Assembly: GCA_026025795.1 (NCBI GenBank)
Contig: JAPEUG010000113.1
Span: 1 to 43,522 of the forward strand
Length of the DNA stretch: 43,522 bases
Direction of reading: 5' to 3'
Source: Thelocarpon superellum
Lineage: Eukaryota
The notes under the pieces are model-generated. The model did no database searches, was not told the origin of the DNA, and saw only the letters and a list, made by a program, of their open reading frames with translations. Position 1 is the first letter of the stretch. Every line of letters begins with the position of its first letter. Shown in pieces: positions 21,699-36,365 of the stretch. Position numbers and translations under genes: made by a program.

Positions 21699-22325
21699 GC
21701 TGTGGTTCAATCTGGGGTTCAATCGGTTCCGGGGTTCGTGTTACGAAATGGTCGGTGGATCAGAGCGCGGGAGTGATGCATCTTCATCTCATCCTGGGCG
21801 GTGGCGATCAGGGAGGTTTTACAGCAGCGCCGAACGGAGCTCAGGCACCTCTACGGAGACGTACGATTGGGGGATAGGCAGACACGCTGCACGATGTCGT
21901 ATGTCACCGACAGCTTCCGAGACGGAGACGGCCGTGAATGGGCGGAAGTGACATATCCGCCGTGTTGTGCGTGAGGGTCAAGCGACGAGAATGGCGTCTG
22001 TGTAAGCGCCAGGCGAGTGAGAACTAGGCTACACCGTCCAGTGACGAACCCGCGTTCGCCGCATTGTACGCATCTTGCACGGCGCCGAAACTCGATCGAG
22101 TTCGGCGGCGCGGGCTACGTAGCGCTCGTTGCGACCTGAGTACCACAGATCCTTCGCTCAATGGCGCAAAGGACCGTAGCAGGAAAGCGGTATATCCTCG
22201 CTACCGCACCACGGGCAATGCCTAGACCTGCCGCCGCTGCGCGACTGGCTCATCTCATCATTCAACCTATCTACACGGGTCCTTGTAGGGGGGTTGGCCG
22301 TTCCAAAGCACTGGTGTTGCGTCCA

Positions 22326-25206
22326 TCAATCATCCATGGGCCGATCACTCAAGCTGACACCCCGCGGTCTCGCCTCCACCTGCGCCTCCTGCGCGGCAAA
22401 GCGCGAGGCGGGTCCATCGATCCCCGTGAGACTTTGCCGCGTGGGATGAGAGGGCCCCGAGTGTCGACCGATCCGCGTCGTGGACGCGCCCGGGAGATTT
22501 TCGAGCGACTGACGCTTCTCAAAGGAGGCGTCGATCCGCTCACGCACGCTCGGAGGATCAGGGTCACCGTTCGCCGTGGCCGCGAGGGACTGGGTCGGAG
22601 GGTCGAGGGCGACGTCGGACGTGACCTCGTGGTTCCCCGGCACCTCGAGCGAGTGGCGTGGGCCCTTGCGCTCCTTGCCCGCCGTGGGACTCGTCTGGAT
22701 GGGGAAGCGGGTGGCGGGCCCGCCGACCGACCGGTCGCGGCGGTGTCCCCGCCCCGGCGTCGGGGCCGGACTGCTGGCGCGACTACGGGAGGCAATGGCC
22801 TGCGCCCGCTCCTCCATATGCTGCCGGCGATTATGCTCGTTGGTGATGCCGCGCGGCCGGCCCGTCACGGAGGGCGTGGCGGCCATGCTGCTGGCGCGTT
22901 TGAGCTCGCCGAAGATGGCCTCCTTGTGGGCGAAGAGATCGCGCACGAGGCGGTAGCTGTGGCGCTCGTGCGACGTCAGGCTGCTCTCCGTGCGCGGGCG
23001 GAGAATGCAGGGCGCCAGGTTGCTGGCCAGCGCGCCGACGTACGCCTCGTCGGCCGACGTGAGCTCGATGAGCCGGGTGAAGTGGGTGGTGATGGCGTCG
23101 AGCGTGGCGATGTTGGCCAGCCGCAGCTGCCCCAGCGTGTTCTGGATGACGGAGATGCGCGTGACATCGTCGGCCTCGCTCGCCTGGGTGGCGTAGATGG
23201 TCTTGATGATCTCGTAGACATGCGAGGACACGAGGGAGTCTAGGATCTGCGTGAGCGTGTGCTTCCACGGCCAGCCGCTCCGCCAGGGCTTGCCTACCGG
23301 GGAGCTCGAGGAGGTACAGTTTCAGCACGCTCGCGACGATGGGGATCTCGTAGCGCTCCAGGAGCTCGTTGGGAATGGCTTTGCCGTTGTTGATGGCGTT
23401 CCGCAGGTGATGCGTCGCGGCCAGCGGGACGTCGACGAGCCAGATGCCACGCCGGGCCTCATCGCCCTCCATGTCGGGGTAGTCTGCACGGGTCAGCATG
23501 GGTTCGTGCCGGTCGGGGTGCCCAGGGAAGGGAGGGCACGAAGGACTCACGGTGATCGAGATAGGTCAAGAGGGTGGTGATGAGGATGGGCACGCGCTTG
23601 CGGTCGGCACGGGCGCGCGCTTCAAGATCCGCGCCAAACGTCTGCTCTGTGGGTGGGTCAGCGGGGAGGATGGATGAGGGATACGGGATGCGGGATGCGG
23701 AATGCTGGAGGATGGCTCCGGCGCGAGGGGAAGGGGTCAGTACCGTCGGCGGCGTTGTAGTAGTTCTCGTAGATCTGCACCTTGGGCACGAAAGCACCCG
23801 TGCGGTAGTTCTCTAGCAGGTAGCGGAGGTCGCCCGGGGGCGTCACCGTCTCCTGGTACAGCATCATGTTGTCGACGGTGCTCTGCAGGCTGGGGATCAC
23901 GTTGCCGATGGCGCCGGAGAAGTCGAGAATGACGGTCTTGATGGCCTTGAGCCGGTCGAGCTCGCACTTTTCCAAGAATTGCAGCTGGTCCATCATGGCC
24001 TCCTCGAGATCGCAACGCAGTCGGTCCAGCTTCCGCACGCCCACCTTGTAGCGCTCGTCGGCCTCGCGCGCCTCACGTCGGAGCCTCTCGGCCGGGGTTT
24101 CGTTGGGATAGGGGTTGTTGAGCGGGTTCCAGCCGGCCAGATAGTCGCCGACGGCACCGATGGAGGGCGAGTCCGGTAGGTCGGCGGTGGAGATGCGCAT
24201 CAACGGCTTCTTCTTCTCCGGCATCCCCGTGAGCTGGAAGGCCTTGGGCCGCCACTGGTAGTACATCTTGGAGCTGTTGGCAAAGGTGTTGCCGACGTTG
24301 CCCACCAAGCGGAGGAAGCCGTGGGTGACGAGATCCTGGCCAAGGCGCTCGGCGTAGCTGACGCTTGTGGCATTCATGCACTTCTGAAAATACTCCACCA
24401 GCTCCGCGCCCGTGGTGACGTTCTGATAGGTGCCGAGGATGGGCACCTTGGTCTCGCCCATGGACACCGTCTCCATGGCGTGAGCCAGGATCTTCTTGAC
24501 CTGGTCCGGCAGGTAGGTCTCGTCGCCAATCTCGATGGGCATCTCGTCCTCCTCCTCGCCGTCGTCCTTCTCCGGCAGCCGGACCTCGGGCACGATCAAG
24601 GGCTTCGGACTTAGCTCGCTTTGGGGATCCTGAAACGCCAGTTTGTTCTCCTCCTCGAGGTCCTCCACGAGCCGGCATTTGTTGAAGTAGTGGCTCCGGA
24701 GTTTGCGCACGTTGTCGGCCTGGCGATCATGCGTCTTGATGCGTGCCTGCAGGTCGTCCTGGGCGTGCTGGACGCGCGCCTCATGTTCGTCACACCAGCG
24801 ACCAAAGGGCCCGACGACGAGCGCGCGGATGCTCGAGGCCATGCGCCGGTGGGTCTTGGCCGCCTCCTCCATCTCGCCCCGCACGCCATCGTACGCCTTC
24901 CGTACAGAGGCACCGTCATCACGGCCAAAGCCTCCAGTGACCTTGTTCACGGTGATGGAAATGTCGCCGAGCCGGGCGCCGTAGGTCTCTTCGGCATCGG
25001 CGCGCATCCGGGCGATGGTCAGAACCTGCTGGTTCTCCAGCACGCCCTGCTGGAGCTTCCCGAACAAGACTCCGAGTCCTGGCATCCGTCAGTCTCGGTC
25101 CGGCCCGGCGCAGCGAGCCTCTCCGGCCCACGGTCGGCACGCTCGCCCGCGTCCACTCACCTCCGGCATAGTCGCTCGACCAGAAGGAATCTGCGAAGCC
25201 CGGCAT
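22326..25206 (-). CDS. F-BAR (FCH) + DEP + RhoGAP protein (Rgd2/Rga8-like)
   Basis: Start MPGFADSFWSSDYAG, intron 25160-25079, then GLGVLFGKLQQG (FCH). DEP-like AERLGQDLVTHGFLRLVGNVG. RhoGAP pieces TFGADLE..VPILITTLLTYLD, VASVLKLYLLELP, LDAITTHFTRLI, LASNLAPCILRP across later exons. Confidence 0.9.
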
Positions 25207-26015
25207 CGTGACGGAGCGACGTGCGGCGATCGCGCCGGGCGTGGCGTCGTCAACGCGACGGCAATGATGCAAGCCGGGGGAAGGTGAGACGGCGTTGGGA
25301 TGGGGGTCCGGCCGTGCGGTGTCCGGTTGTCCGGTCGTCTGGCGTGTGCTGGCGGAGGTTGCAGCTGCTCCGCCTGAACCGGTGGCAGCACCACCGACAG
25401 CCGTGGTCGGGGGGCGTCAGTGGATGGAGACCGCAATGACGATTGGCACGGGGACGCTCCCGTTCCTGGGATGGCCGTGGACGGAGGAGGGCGATGGGGG
25501 ATGCGCGTCAAGCTGAGACCTGAACAAGGATGGCTGACCGTCCGGGGTGAACGTGCCATTACGTGCCATGTGCGCTTGACGATCAACCAACTTTCCAGAG
25601 AAAGCACTGGCAGCCGTGAATCGAGTGCCGGTACGAGTACGAGTAACCTTCTGTTACCTGTACCTCACCCCGTACAGGGGGCAAGGACCCCGTAACTCCG
25701 AGTAATCGTGCCACCCGTCCTTCCACTCGCCCTCACCCTCGCACCGGCCCGCGCGTACGCACCGCCCGTCAACCTAGCCACCACGACCCTGTCGTTACGC
25801 AACATTCGCTGTCAGGTCTTGCGGGGACGCATGCGCAGTCACCTGATCTGGCGTCTGACTCAACACGGATTCGACAAAGGATCCATCGCGGCCGGAGGCC
25901 GGAGATCGGACGCACGTCCACCTACTACTACGGCTCTCTATGGTCTAGCAAACGAAACGAATAAAGTGCACGACGCATGCCATTATGTAGAGCGCCAAAT
26001 CGCGCGAACCGCGAT

Positions 26016-27752
<1,737 letters not shown>

Positions 27753-28200
27753 TCAAGGGACAGGGACTGGAAGAGTCTCGACAAGGAATCTCGACGAGGA
27801 ATCAGAGATCTCTCCGTTCGGCGTGGCCAACCTGGACCGCCGGCGGATCGGTAAAGGGCAATCGCGTCGAGGCCAATCCGTTGGCGAGCGTGAGCGTCGG
27901 CGCTGATTGGCTGCCGAGGAGGCGTCGTGACATCCCCAGACCCCAGAAAGGCATGGTGCCGCGCATTTTCCCGGTGGACGTGTAGGGGTGGGATGGTCAA
28001 CGAACTGCCAGAAGCTACGGAGGGCAGGTCCTACTAGGAAGCAGTTTCTCGTAGTCGCATTCTCGGATCTTCACCCTGCCGAGCCTCACGCGATGGACGG
28101 CGCCAGCGTCAACACCGATCGTACCTCGTACCTGACAGTGCACTAAGCCCCAGTCAGCCCAGTGACTAACCCGACGGCTCCAGACCAGATCCGCCGCAGT

Positions 28201-28212
28201 GGTCACGTGACC
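28201..28212. promoter_or_regulatory. Palindromic E-box GGTCACGTGACC about 500 bp upstream of CYP51 (candidate bHLH site, SREBP- or Cbf1-type)
   Basis: Perfect 12-bp palindrome centred on CACGTG in the CYP51 upstream region. CCAAT motifs also occur near 27873 and 27907. Function is inferred only. Confidence 0.35.
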
Positions 28213-28840
28213 GGGTGTCTCTCCCTGCCCCTTTTCTCAATAGAGTCCGTACGCACCAGTGGAGGAACCGTTTCAAACATTATGATGAATTAGCTCAGAG
28301 TAAAGTCGCTGGACTTGGCGTCCTGGGTGCGGAACATGTTCATGGAATGTATTGGATCGCGATGCTGGTGGACAGGCGAAGGCATCTCGGCTCATTCGTG
28401 TGCACGACCGGTCAGCATGTTTACGGCCCCCACGCATAACTAAGCATACGCCTTCAATCCCAAGCCGCCAGTTGGTCAGAGGGCTTCTGTTTACTACTGG
28501 CACTCCTCCCCACAAAGGCCTCCCTTGTCAGTTGTTGATGGTGTGGATGTCGAGGGGCCCCGTTCTCGGTTCCGGTCCGGCCATGTCGCCGAGACCAGGC
28601 GATATGTTGTCGTCGCCGCAGTGAACACGTCCCACGTGTCGGAAGGGAAAAACGAGGTGCATCCTTTGGATGATTATTGATCGTCAGGAAAGTCATTCAT
28701 TCGTATGTGCGGTCGCTGGGAGTGGTAAAATCGTGGGCTGTTTCTGAAGTCATTGCGCCGGAGCATGCATTTGCGAGGGGTCACAGCCAGCAGAGCCGTG
28801 GCGAAACGTGGCGCGTTGCGTCATTCCATCGTAACGGCGG

Positions 28841-31146
28841 TCATGGGTATGGCGGTCGAGGAGCCGGCGGCTCGTCCAAAGATGTGGGAAGGGGCGGCGC
28901 AGGCGTCCCATACATGGGCGCGCTCTGGGGCGAGGGGAGCCGATGAAACATCTGCAGAAGGCGACGGCCCACTGTTGCCTCCAGCTCCGTCCCGTCGCGG
29001 GCGATCTTGACCTCTCGGTTTGCGTTCAACGCGTTGCGTAGGCCGCGGGTACGGTAGAAGGGAAGCCGCGACGTCGAGATCCACTCCACTCGAAACGGCT
29101 TGCCCCACGCGCGGCCCTCCGCGGGCCCTTCCGCCTCGGCTTCTGGGTCCGGCGCCGGGTCCACATCTCTCCTCCTGCCCTTGCCTTTGCCCTTCGCCGT
29201 GTCTTCGCCGACTTCGGCGTCGACCGCGTCTCCGTGATCGCTCTCCTCGCTCGATGAATCTTCGCTCGCGCCTTCCTCGTCGCGCTCCGGGTCGAGCTCG
29301 GCCTCCCAGAAGATGGTGCCTCGAGCGGAGTCGTCGATGATCCGGCCCCGCGGCGCCGTCGCCGTCGCTGGGGTCGGGATGGCGCGAGGTAGATCAGATT
29401 CGCTGAGAGGCGTCGCATGAGGCACCCACTCAATCGTCGCCGCGGACGCCTCGTCGATGGCCGACACCATACGAGCGTAGCCAAAGTATTCCCCCGATTT
29501 GTTCGCCGAAAAGATGAGGTACACGTTGTCGGCCGTCTACAGCTCCGTTAACTCGGCCGTAAAGGCTTGCCAGCCACGAGGGATTGCCGGTCGTGACGTT
29601 GCTTACCTCAAACGCTTTGTTGAGTGCGGCCTCGTTGTGCGACTGCGTTGCCCAAATGCCGTTTCGCACGCTCAGCTCCAGATCTTCGACAGTGAGACTC
29701 TTCACGACGAAGAACTTGTCCTTCTCCACCGTGGCGGTCGAGGTAGGCCCCAGATCCGCATTCGCGGGCACGCCCGCTCGACCCTGCGAGGCCTCCTCGC
29801 GCAAGAGCGCGGCAGGAGCGGAGCGTGTTTCCGGATCGGCGACTTCGTCGGTTTCTGGGGCAGGGTTCACAGTGGGCGAAGTCGTGCCTCCGGAAGCGGT
29901 CGCGACCGCGCTCCGTCGCAGACGACAGACGAGTCGCACGCCACGAAAGCGCGAGTCGTGGAAGCGTGTCATGGCCGCAGCACAGGAGGACTCGGTCTTG
30001 TAATTGACAAAGGCACAGTTGCTCTTGGAGATCAGGAAGACGCTCTCAATGTCCTGCGTGGCCTCGCGCGCAAAGTGGTCTTTCAGTTCGACCACGTTGG
30101 TGCCGGGCGGGAGATTGCCCACCCAGAGCGCATGTCCAGACTGTCGCGGCTTTCGTGGCGGTCCCCGAGGCATGCCCGAGTGCGTCGGGCTGACGGACTC
30201 GCCACTTCCCCGACGCGTCGCTGCTGCGTCGCCGGTTAGCCGCCAGAGGGCAGGAAGGTTCGGTCGCAGGTGTGGGCTTACAGGGCGTGTTTGCCGGTCG
30301 CAGATGCGGTGCCGTTGCCCGTGTTCCGTACGCTGCCCCGGCCCCTTCCGCCCGGAAGGCAGCAGGTGGTGAGATGCCACGTCCAGCGCCGCCTTCCGGT
30401 GGCCGCGGCGAATGCTGGTGCTGTGGCTGACCCGTCCGTCGCGGATGCGGACCGGGGTACCGAGGCCCTGCCCGGCCCTGGTAAGGTGGTTGACCCGAGG
30501 GCATCACGATCGGAGGGTGATAGTAGACCGGTTGCATCTGCGCCACGTGCGGGCTCGTGTGCCACGCCTGGTCCGAGTAGGAGAGCGGCGTCGTACCGGG
30601 CGCGGGAGATGGAACACCCGACACCGGAAAACGTGGTGCAAAGCCATGTGCGCCCGGCGCGACACCCGCCGGAGGTCCCTGAGGATACTGCGGATGGTAC
30701 GGCGGGCCCATGTGCGGATTCCAAGTAGGAGGCGCATGTGCACTGAGGCCTGTTTGTCCGGGGTGAAGCATTGGGTGCGGCATCGGAAAGGTTTGCTGGT
30801 GTGGAGAGTACATCTGGGGCGTCGGTTGGGGGGCCGGGAGAGCCGGCAGGCCCGCGGCCAAGGAGGACATATTCAGCGTCGGATCGTGGTCCATGTGCGG
30901 TGACGGTCGGGCACCCACGAAGCCTGCCGTCGGCTCCGGTGGTGGAGAGGGATCCGCCAGGGAGCGCGAAGGGGACGACGACTGAATCCCGACCGCGACC
31001 AGCGGCGAGGACGACATTCGCGCGGTCGACGAGCGCGCGGACTCATCCGCGCCATGGGAGGCGGTGGCCTTGGTGGACGGCTCCGCGGGTGCCGCGGGTC
31101 GACTGGATGGAGCAACATCGAGATCCTCCGGCCCCAGCCCGGCCAT
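28841..31146 (-). CDS. RRM + YTH domain RNA-binding protein (YTHDC-like candidate m6A reader)
   Basis: Pro/Gln-rich N-terminus. After a GTAAGC intron near 30280-30225, an RRM (ALWVGNLP, SNCAFVNY, FRGVRLVCRL). YTH domain FFVVKSLTVEDL, GIWATQSHNE, (intron near 29604-29538) VYLIFSANKSGEYFGYARM, WGKPFRVEW, EVKIARDGTELE. Start codon (MAGLGPEDL) uncertain. Confidence 0.9.
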
Positions 31147-34100
31147 AGGCTCGTCGATGTCTCGAGGAAGGGTGTCCCGTTGCCGGACCACCACAATCTG
31201 AATCAGGTCACCGCTCGCCTACGATATCGGAATCATGTCGTTGGGCCTGCGAGGGACGATGTGGAGGGTCAAAGGCGAACCTGACGGCCGTCAGAGAGGT
31301 CCCTTCGTCCCAACGCTTCCGGCCCAAGACCACCGTGGCCGGAGAGACGGGAGCGAGAATGAGCCACGAAATCGTATTCGAGACTGGGAGGAGGGAGGGG
31401 ACGTTGCGCGCGGAGACGGGCAAGGACACACAAGCACCGCGCCGCTGGAAGGGGACGGGCAAGGGGGGCAGGGTCTATACAAGCACGGTCACTCACTCAA
31501 ATGACCACCACCTCTCACGTGTCGAGGGCAGGTCGGGTCAGCTAAGCATAGCCGTCCGACAGCTCAGTGCCGCGGGCGGGGGACGGGGGAAACGAGCGGG
31601 GCGGCGGCCGCTCCTAAGAAGGCCAAGGCCGAGCGGCGGGGGACAGCGCCGCCCAAGGTGAGAGGATGGGCTCTGCGGTACCTGCCGGTGCCAGTGCTTC
31701 AGTCGCCGCGCGGGAGAGGGCGAAGAAGTCGCGCGATTGGCTACTGTTACCCTTGCGCCGGTGAGCAATCATGCAGAAACCCTCCGCGGTGATGAAGAGA
31801 CTTTGCCCCAACGTGCGAGTCCGGACGCAGCACTGCTCGCGCGCGGCCAACGAGCTCTCAGCAATGGGCAGTGGTCACGAGAGGCCAAGGTGGATCGAGT
31901 GGCCTGATGCCGGACAATAGGATGAGGCCCGGAAAGTGCACCGACGATCACCACGGTGGGTGGATGGGCACCCTATGACCTATTTACCAGTGACCAGGAT
32001 GAATCCGTGCGCCAGGCAATACTGATGGGCCATGCTTGTGGCGCCATCGAGGTCCAAATTTGCGCAGTCACAGCTTCCGGATATGCAGGTGTGGCGAGTG
32101 CGACGTACCTTGCGCCATGGGTCGGTTGGGTGGGGGAGGATGGGTCGGCGTCGAGACCGCGCGGGCATCGGGGGCCATCGGGGGCATCTCCGACCTGACC
32201 GGCTCCGTCGGTCATCTACCTCCCGCCCTCCCCGGCCAACCTGTCTGCCGGTGTGTGCCCGGGTGGGAGGACACTAAGGAGGCTCGGGACGCTGCGGGCC
32301 CACCGGGAGCTTGGAGCATCTGGATCTGCCTCTGCGCGGACAGACGGTGCGGCACTCATGATCTCGCCACCACGCCTGCGCAGCACCGATGAAGGCCCGC
32401 TCGGACTGGCCGCCCGCCCTGGGCGAGGGTGCTACCCAGGCTCGGTCGACTCAACTACTAGTCGTAGTGGAGGTTTCTTTGATCATCCCCAAGGCGAGGC
32501 CTCCTGGTGTCTGTCTTAGCGTGCACAGCCGCAGCACTTCGGTACCCGCTCGGATCCAGCGTAGTGCTGGCGGGCAAATATTACTGAATTCGATAGGGTG
32601 GCCTCAGGCGCCGGGTTACGCTCGCGGGTCAAGCCACGGCAGCCGTGTCTCGATGTGGCCCCGTCTAATCCACACGACGCCGCACCGGGTGCGGCGCGTC
32701 TCAACCATGTTGTACTCGTACGTGGATGCGCCGACGTGGGTAAGGCCATGTATGTGATCAAGAGCAATCGATAGATCGGTCGTGGGGATCGAAGGTGGAA
32801 TGTTCGACGCTAGTGACACTCACGGGGATCGATCCCGGCGAGTACTGCGTCCTAGACCTCGAATCATTTCCACTCCCTTCACCGGGCCTTCGTGACACCG
32901 CATGCGCGCTTGGCACCGTGTGTTGGGGGGCGCGGTGGTGACCTCGCATGGCTCGCTGAGCGGCCGGACGTCGATCGCCGTACCGCGGCCGACTCTGGCT
33001 TGTCGGGCCTGCGAGTTGGATACGGTATTGTGGCTGGGGTGAGGGGCAGACGGTGAGGGGTAGGAAGGGACGCATTTACGCAGGCGATGGTCGCGCGGAC
33101 TCGATTGTGGTGCCGAAGTCGCCTCGCCACTCACCAAGATCCTGGAGCTGGCGTTCGATGTCGTTTGGTCTAGGTCACGTCCTTGGCCAATGATGGCTGA
33201 GGCGCCCCATGGTGTGTGCCGTTCGACCTTCGTGTGACCCCGGCCATGGTTCTCCGTCGGGTCTGGTGGGAGCAAACTGCACATTCAGCTACCCATGAAT
33301 CATCGTGACTGTAGAGGGCGGTGACAGGGTGACAGGTGTGCGCATCGAGCTAGGACCATGATTGAGTGAGGCCTGCGTGTCCTCGATTGTCAGGCAAGCA
33401 GGGTTTTGTCCTGGGCCACAATTGCCACTAACGAACTTGGGCGAAGGAAGAAGGGGGGGGGGTTTTCTGGGGGGAGTGGGGGGTGAGAATGTGAAGGCGT
33501 GGCGAGAGGGAAGCGAGCTACTGAATGTTTCGGTGCGTTCCTTGAACAAACGGACAAGCAGTCGTCGTCCTCACCACCGCCACAGGGTGCGCCACGAATC
33601 GCGCTCAGGGTCCACACCATTTCGGTCCGCTGGGGCAGGGCTGCCACTTGTGGATGATCTACAACAGACGAGTTACTGAGCGGCATCCGCGTCGACTCGT
33701 CATCATCTCGCCACTACAGGGCTGGCACTATTGTGCGTCAGTCGATCGACGGCCGACGGAACTCGGTCTTGAGTCTTTCCATGCCCTTGACCAAGGCAAG
33801 TTGCGAGCGTGGCCAGCAGGAGAATACTCGTGCAGGTCCTTGTACTGGCACTCTTACTGGCACTCGTATTGTCGGCCCCGGGTTCTTGATCTCGGCATCA
33901 TCTCCGTCGTGCATCGTGCGCCGTGCATCACGCAGGTGCCATCTTTTGGGGAAGCAAGGCTCGTCCAACTCCATCCCTGCTCCAACAATTTGGGGCGGGC
34001 GGGCATCGACGGGCGATGATTGGGCTATGGAACAGAGTTCCGGTGGCGACTAATCGAGACGGTCGGATGTTCGGGGTTTCTCGTCGCGTGCCTGCAGTAT

Positions 34101-34888
34101 CCGTGCGCACAGGTTCACTAGTGTCGGCGGAAGGCTCCGAGACGCCAAACAACTCAACCCAGTCTAGATTTCCTGCTGCCACAACGACGAGAAGTGTGGA
34201 TGTTCGTGCGGATGGGGCGTGGTCCACCGTAGATGAAAGGGCGGGAGTCTGCCTCTGCTACCTACACAGAACTCCTCGGTCATCATGGCTCTGGTCCGCC
34301 CCGGCGTTCGCCGAGACCTCTGCGGTTGGAGGACGATTGGAGCTCACATCCGGTCCGTTGTGCCCCGGGAAGGCGATGATCGACATGCGCAGCGTGAATA
34401 TGTCATGCCGGATCCTTGCCCCACCACTTAGTGCGCCCATCAGCCCTTAGGCCCAATGCTTAACCATGCTGGCGGAACGAATGCGACTCGCGCACCGCCA
34501 CCGAGCCGTGGCGGCTGTCTCATCCAGGCTCCACCGACACGTAGCATCGATTGCGCCAGGAAGTTCAAAGCGAGTGAGACGACACATGGATGAGTGCCAA
34601 TCTGGGACGTGTCGAAGTGAGCAACCTGCTCGGACTGGGCATTGGCTTTGGTTCGGGCTCGGGTCGTGCCTGGGACGTGATGTGACCCTGGCTCTAGGCC
34701 TGGCCAATTGACCCAGCCAGGGCCGTGGAGTTGCAGCAGCAGTTGACTGCCCGCAAGAAAACTTCCCCTTCAAGCCAAGCATGGGACGAAGCGACACGAG
34801 CAAGCGATGGTCGCTCCGCCCGCCGCTGCCGTTCGCTCCCACCTCACGAGCGAGCCGGCACATCCCGTCCGTCGTGGCTCGCTGGCCG

Positions 34889-34935
34889 GCGTCCGCGTCC
34901 GCGTCCGCGTCCGCACCCGCACCCGTGCCCGGCAC
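34889..34935. repeat. (GCGTCC)n / (GCACCC)n hexamer microsatellite
   Basis: gcgtccgcgtccgcgtccgcgtccgcacccgcacccgtgcccggcac. Confidence 0.8.
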
Positions 34936-36154
34936 CGTCATTCAGGCCGGGGATGGGCACATTTGAGTAGGACGGAATTTCCAATCTCAATCCCATCCTG
35001 CCGCCTTTTTCTCGATGGGCGCCGACCGTCACTCCATCGTCGCACTTTACCGCCCCCGGTCCTTGGGGTCCCGGCGTTTGCAAATATTTCCCCGGGTATC
35101 AATACGTAAGTTGGGAAGCTCTTCGGAGGGGATTTGGGATTTCTCCATCTGCCGTATCGCACCATACAGCACCAGAGAGCACCAGCCCTGTCCCGATGCG
35201 CGATGCCCGATTCAAGGTCCAATCGACCCACGCGCATACCAACCGGAACTAACTGCCCCTGTATCGGTCCAAGCGGCTCCTGCACCGCTCGTGTAGGTAC
35301 GAGGACTGGTAGCCACAGCAGCTAGCCCTTCTTAGTAGTAACTGGATGGTCTGCAGATGGATCTACGGGTTGCATCACTGGAACAAGAAGCACCAGCACC
35401 CTCCCTTGCAAGTGCATTCTGGTGCTAGTGCGTGAAGGTAAGGTGTGGGTGGTAGCAAGGCCCGCCTTGCCTTGGAAGTGGCGTGACATCTATGAAATTC
35501 CTGCTTACGAATGTTGGCGCATTCGTTGCTGCAGCATTAGCGACGATCGTGTCAGAGTGTGGTACTCCGTACTTTGCATCGTGCACGCTGTCACTGGGTA
35601 TGCTGCGCTGGGTCGTGCATGTTGTCGCTGCGGATGATAAGTAAGTGCGGGAGGTCGGTTAGATGCTGCAGAAGCAGAATCTCGATCTCGGCTAGCATAC
35701 CATCAGCCACCGCCAGCTACGGGCTAGTTCGCCGCAGCTACCTCGCTCGCTGTCCAGCTCAATAACAGTGGTAAGATGGACAGCAAGCGAGGGAGCTGAA
35801 GCAGGGCTACTGAGTAGTAACATCCTCATAGCGAGTAGCAGCATGGTTGCTCTGCTCAGTCTCTAGCCGTCATCACTTCCCCATCAATCCCACCCTATCT
35901 CCCCACGTCCCGCTCACACCACGCGGAATGGATGTATCTAAACCTCCTCCGAGAGAGGCATTCGAGGAACGTCTCACCTCGTGCTGCGTATACACACAAG
36001 ATCTACGGCGGGGCCGGAGATACGGCCCAGGAGATGATTGAGGATCTACTCGTCATCGTGATTCGATCGTTACGTTTCGATTCATTAAAATTCTACCTAG
36101 AGTTTGCAGGCCTGATGGTACCTAAACCGTGTCTCCTTCGGATCACTGCACGAC

Positions 36155-36263
36155 ACTGACTGCCTGGCTGACTGACCGGCTGGCTGATCGACCGAATGAC
36201 TTGACTTGCTGGCTGGCTGACTGACTGGTTGACTGACGGATCGACTGACCGATTGGCTGACCG
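36155..36263. repeat. Degenerate tetranucleotide repeat (GACT/GGCT)n
   Basis: actgactgcctggctgactgaccggctggctgatcgaccgaatgacttgacttgctggctggctgactgactggttgactgacgg...; downstream of the 36366-37718 gene. Confidence 0.8.
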
Positions 36264-36365
36264 AGTGAGGTGGATGAATGGCCGAACTGATGACTCTGTG
36301 TTATGTCCCCTCTCGCCTCAGTTCCTCGTCGGACGGGAAGGGGAGAGGTTGTGTGTCAGAGAGCA

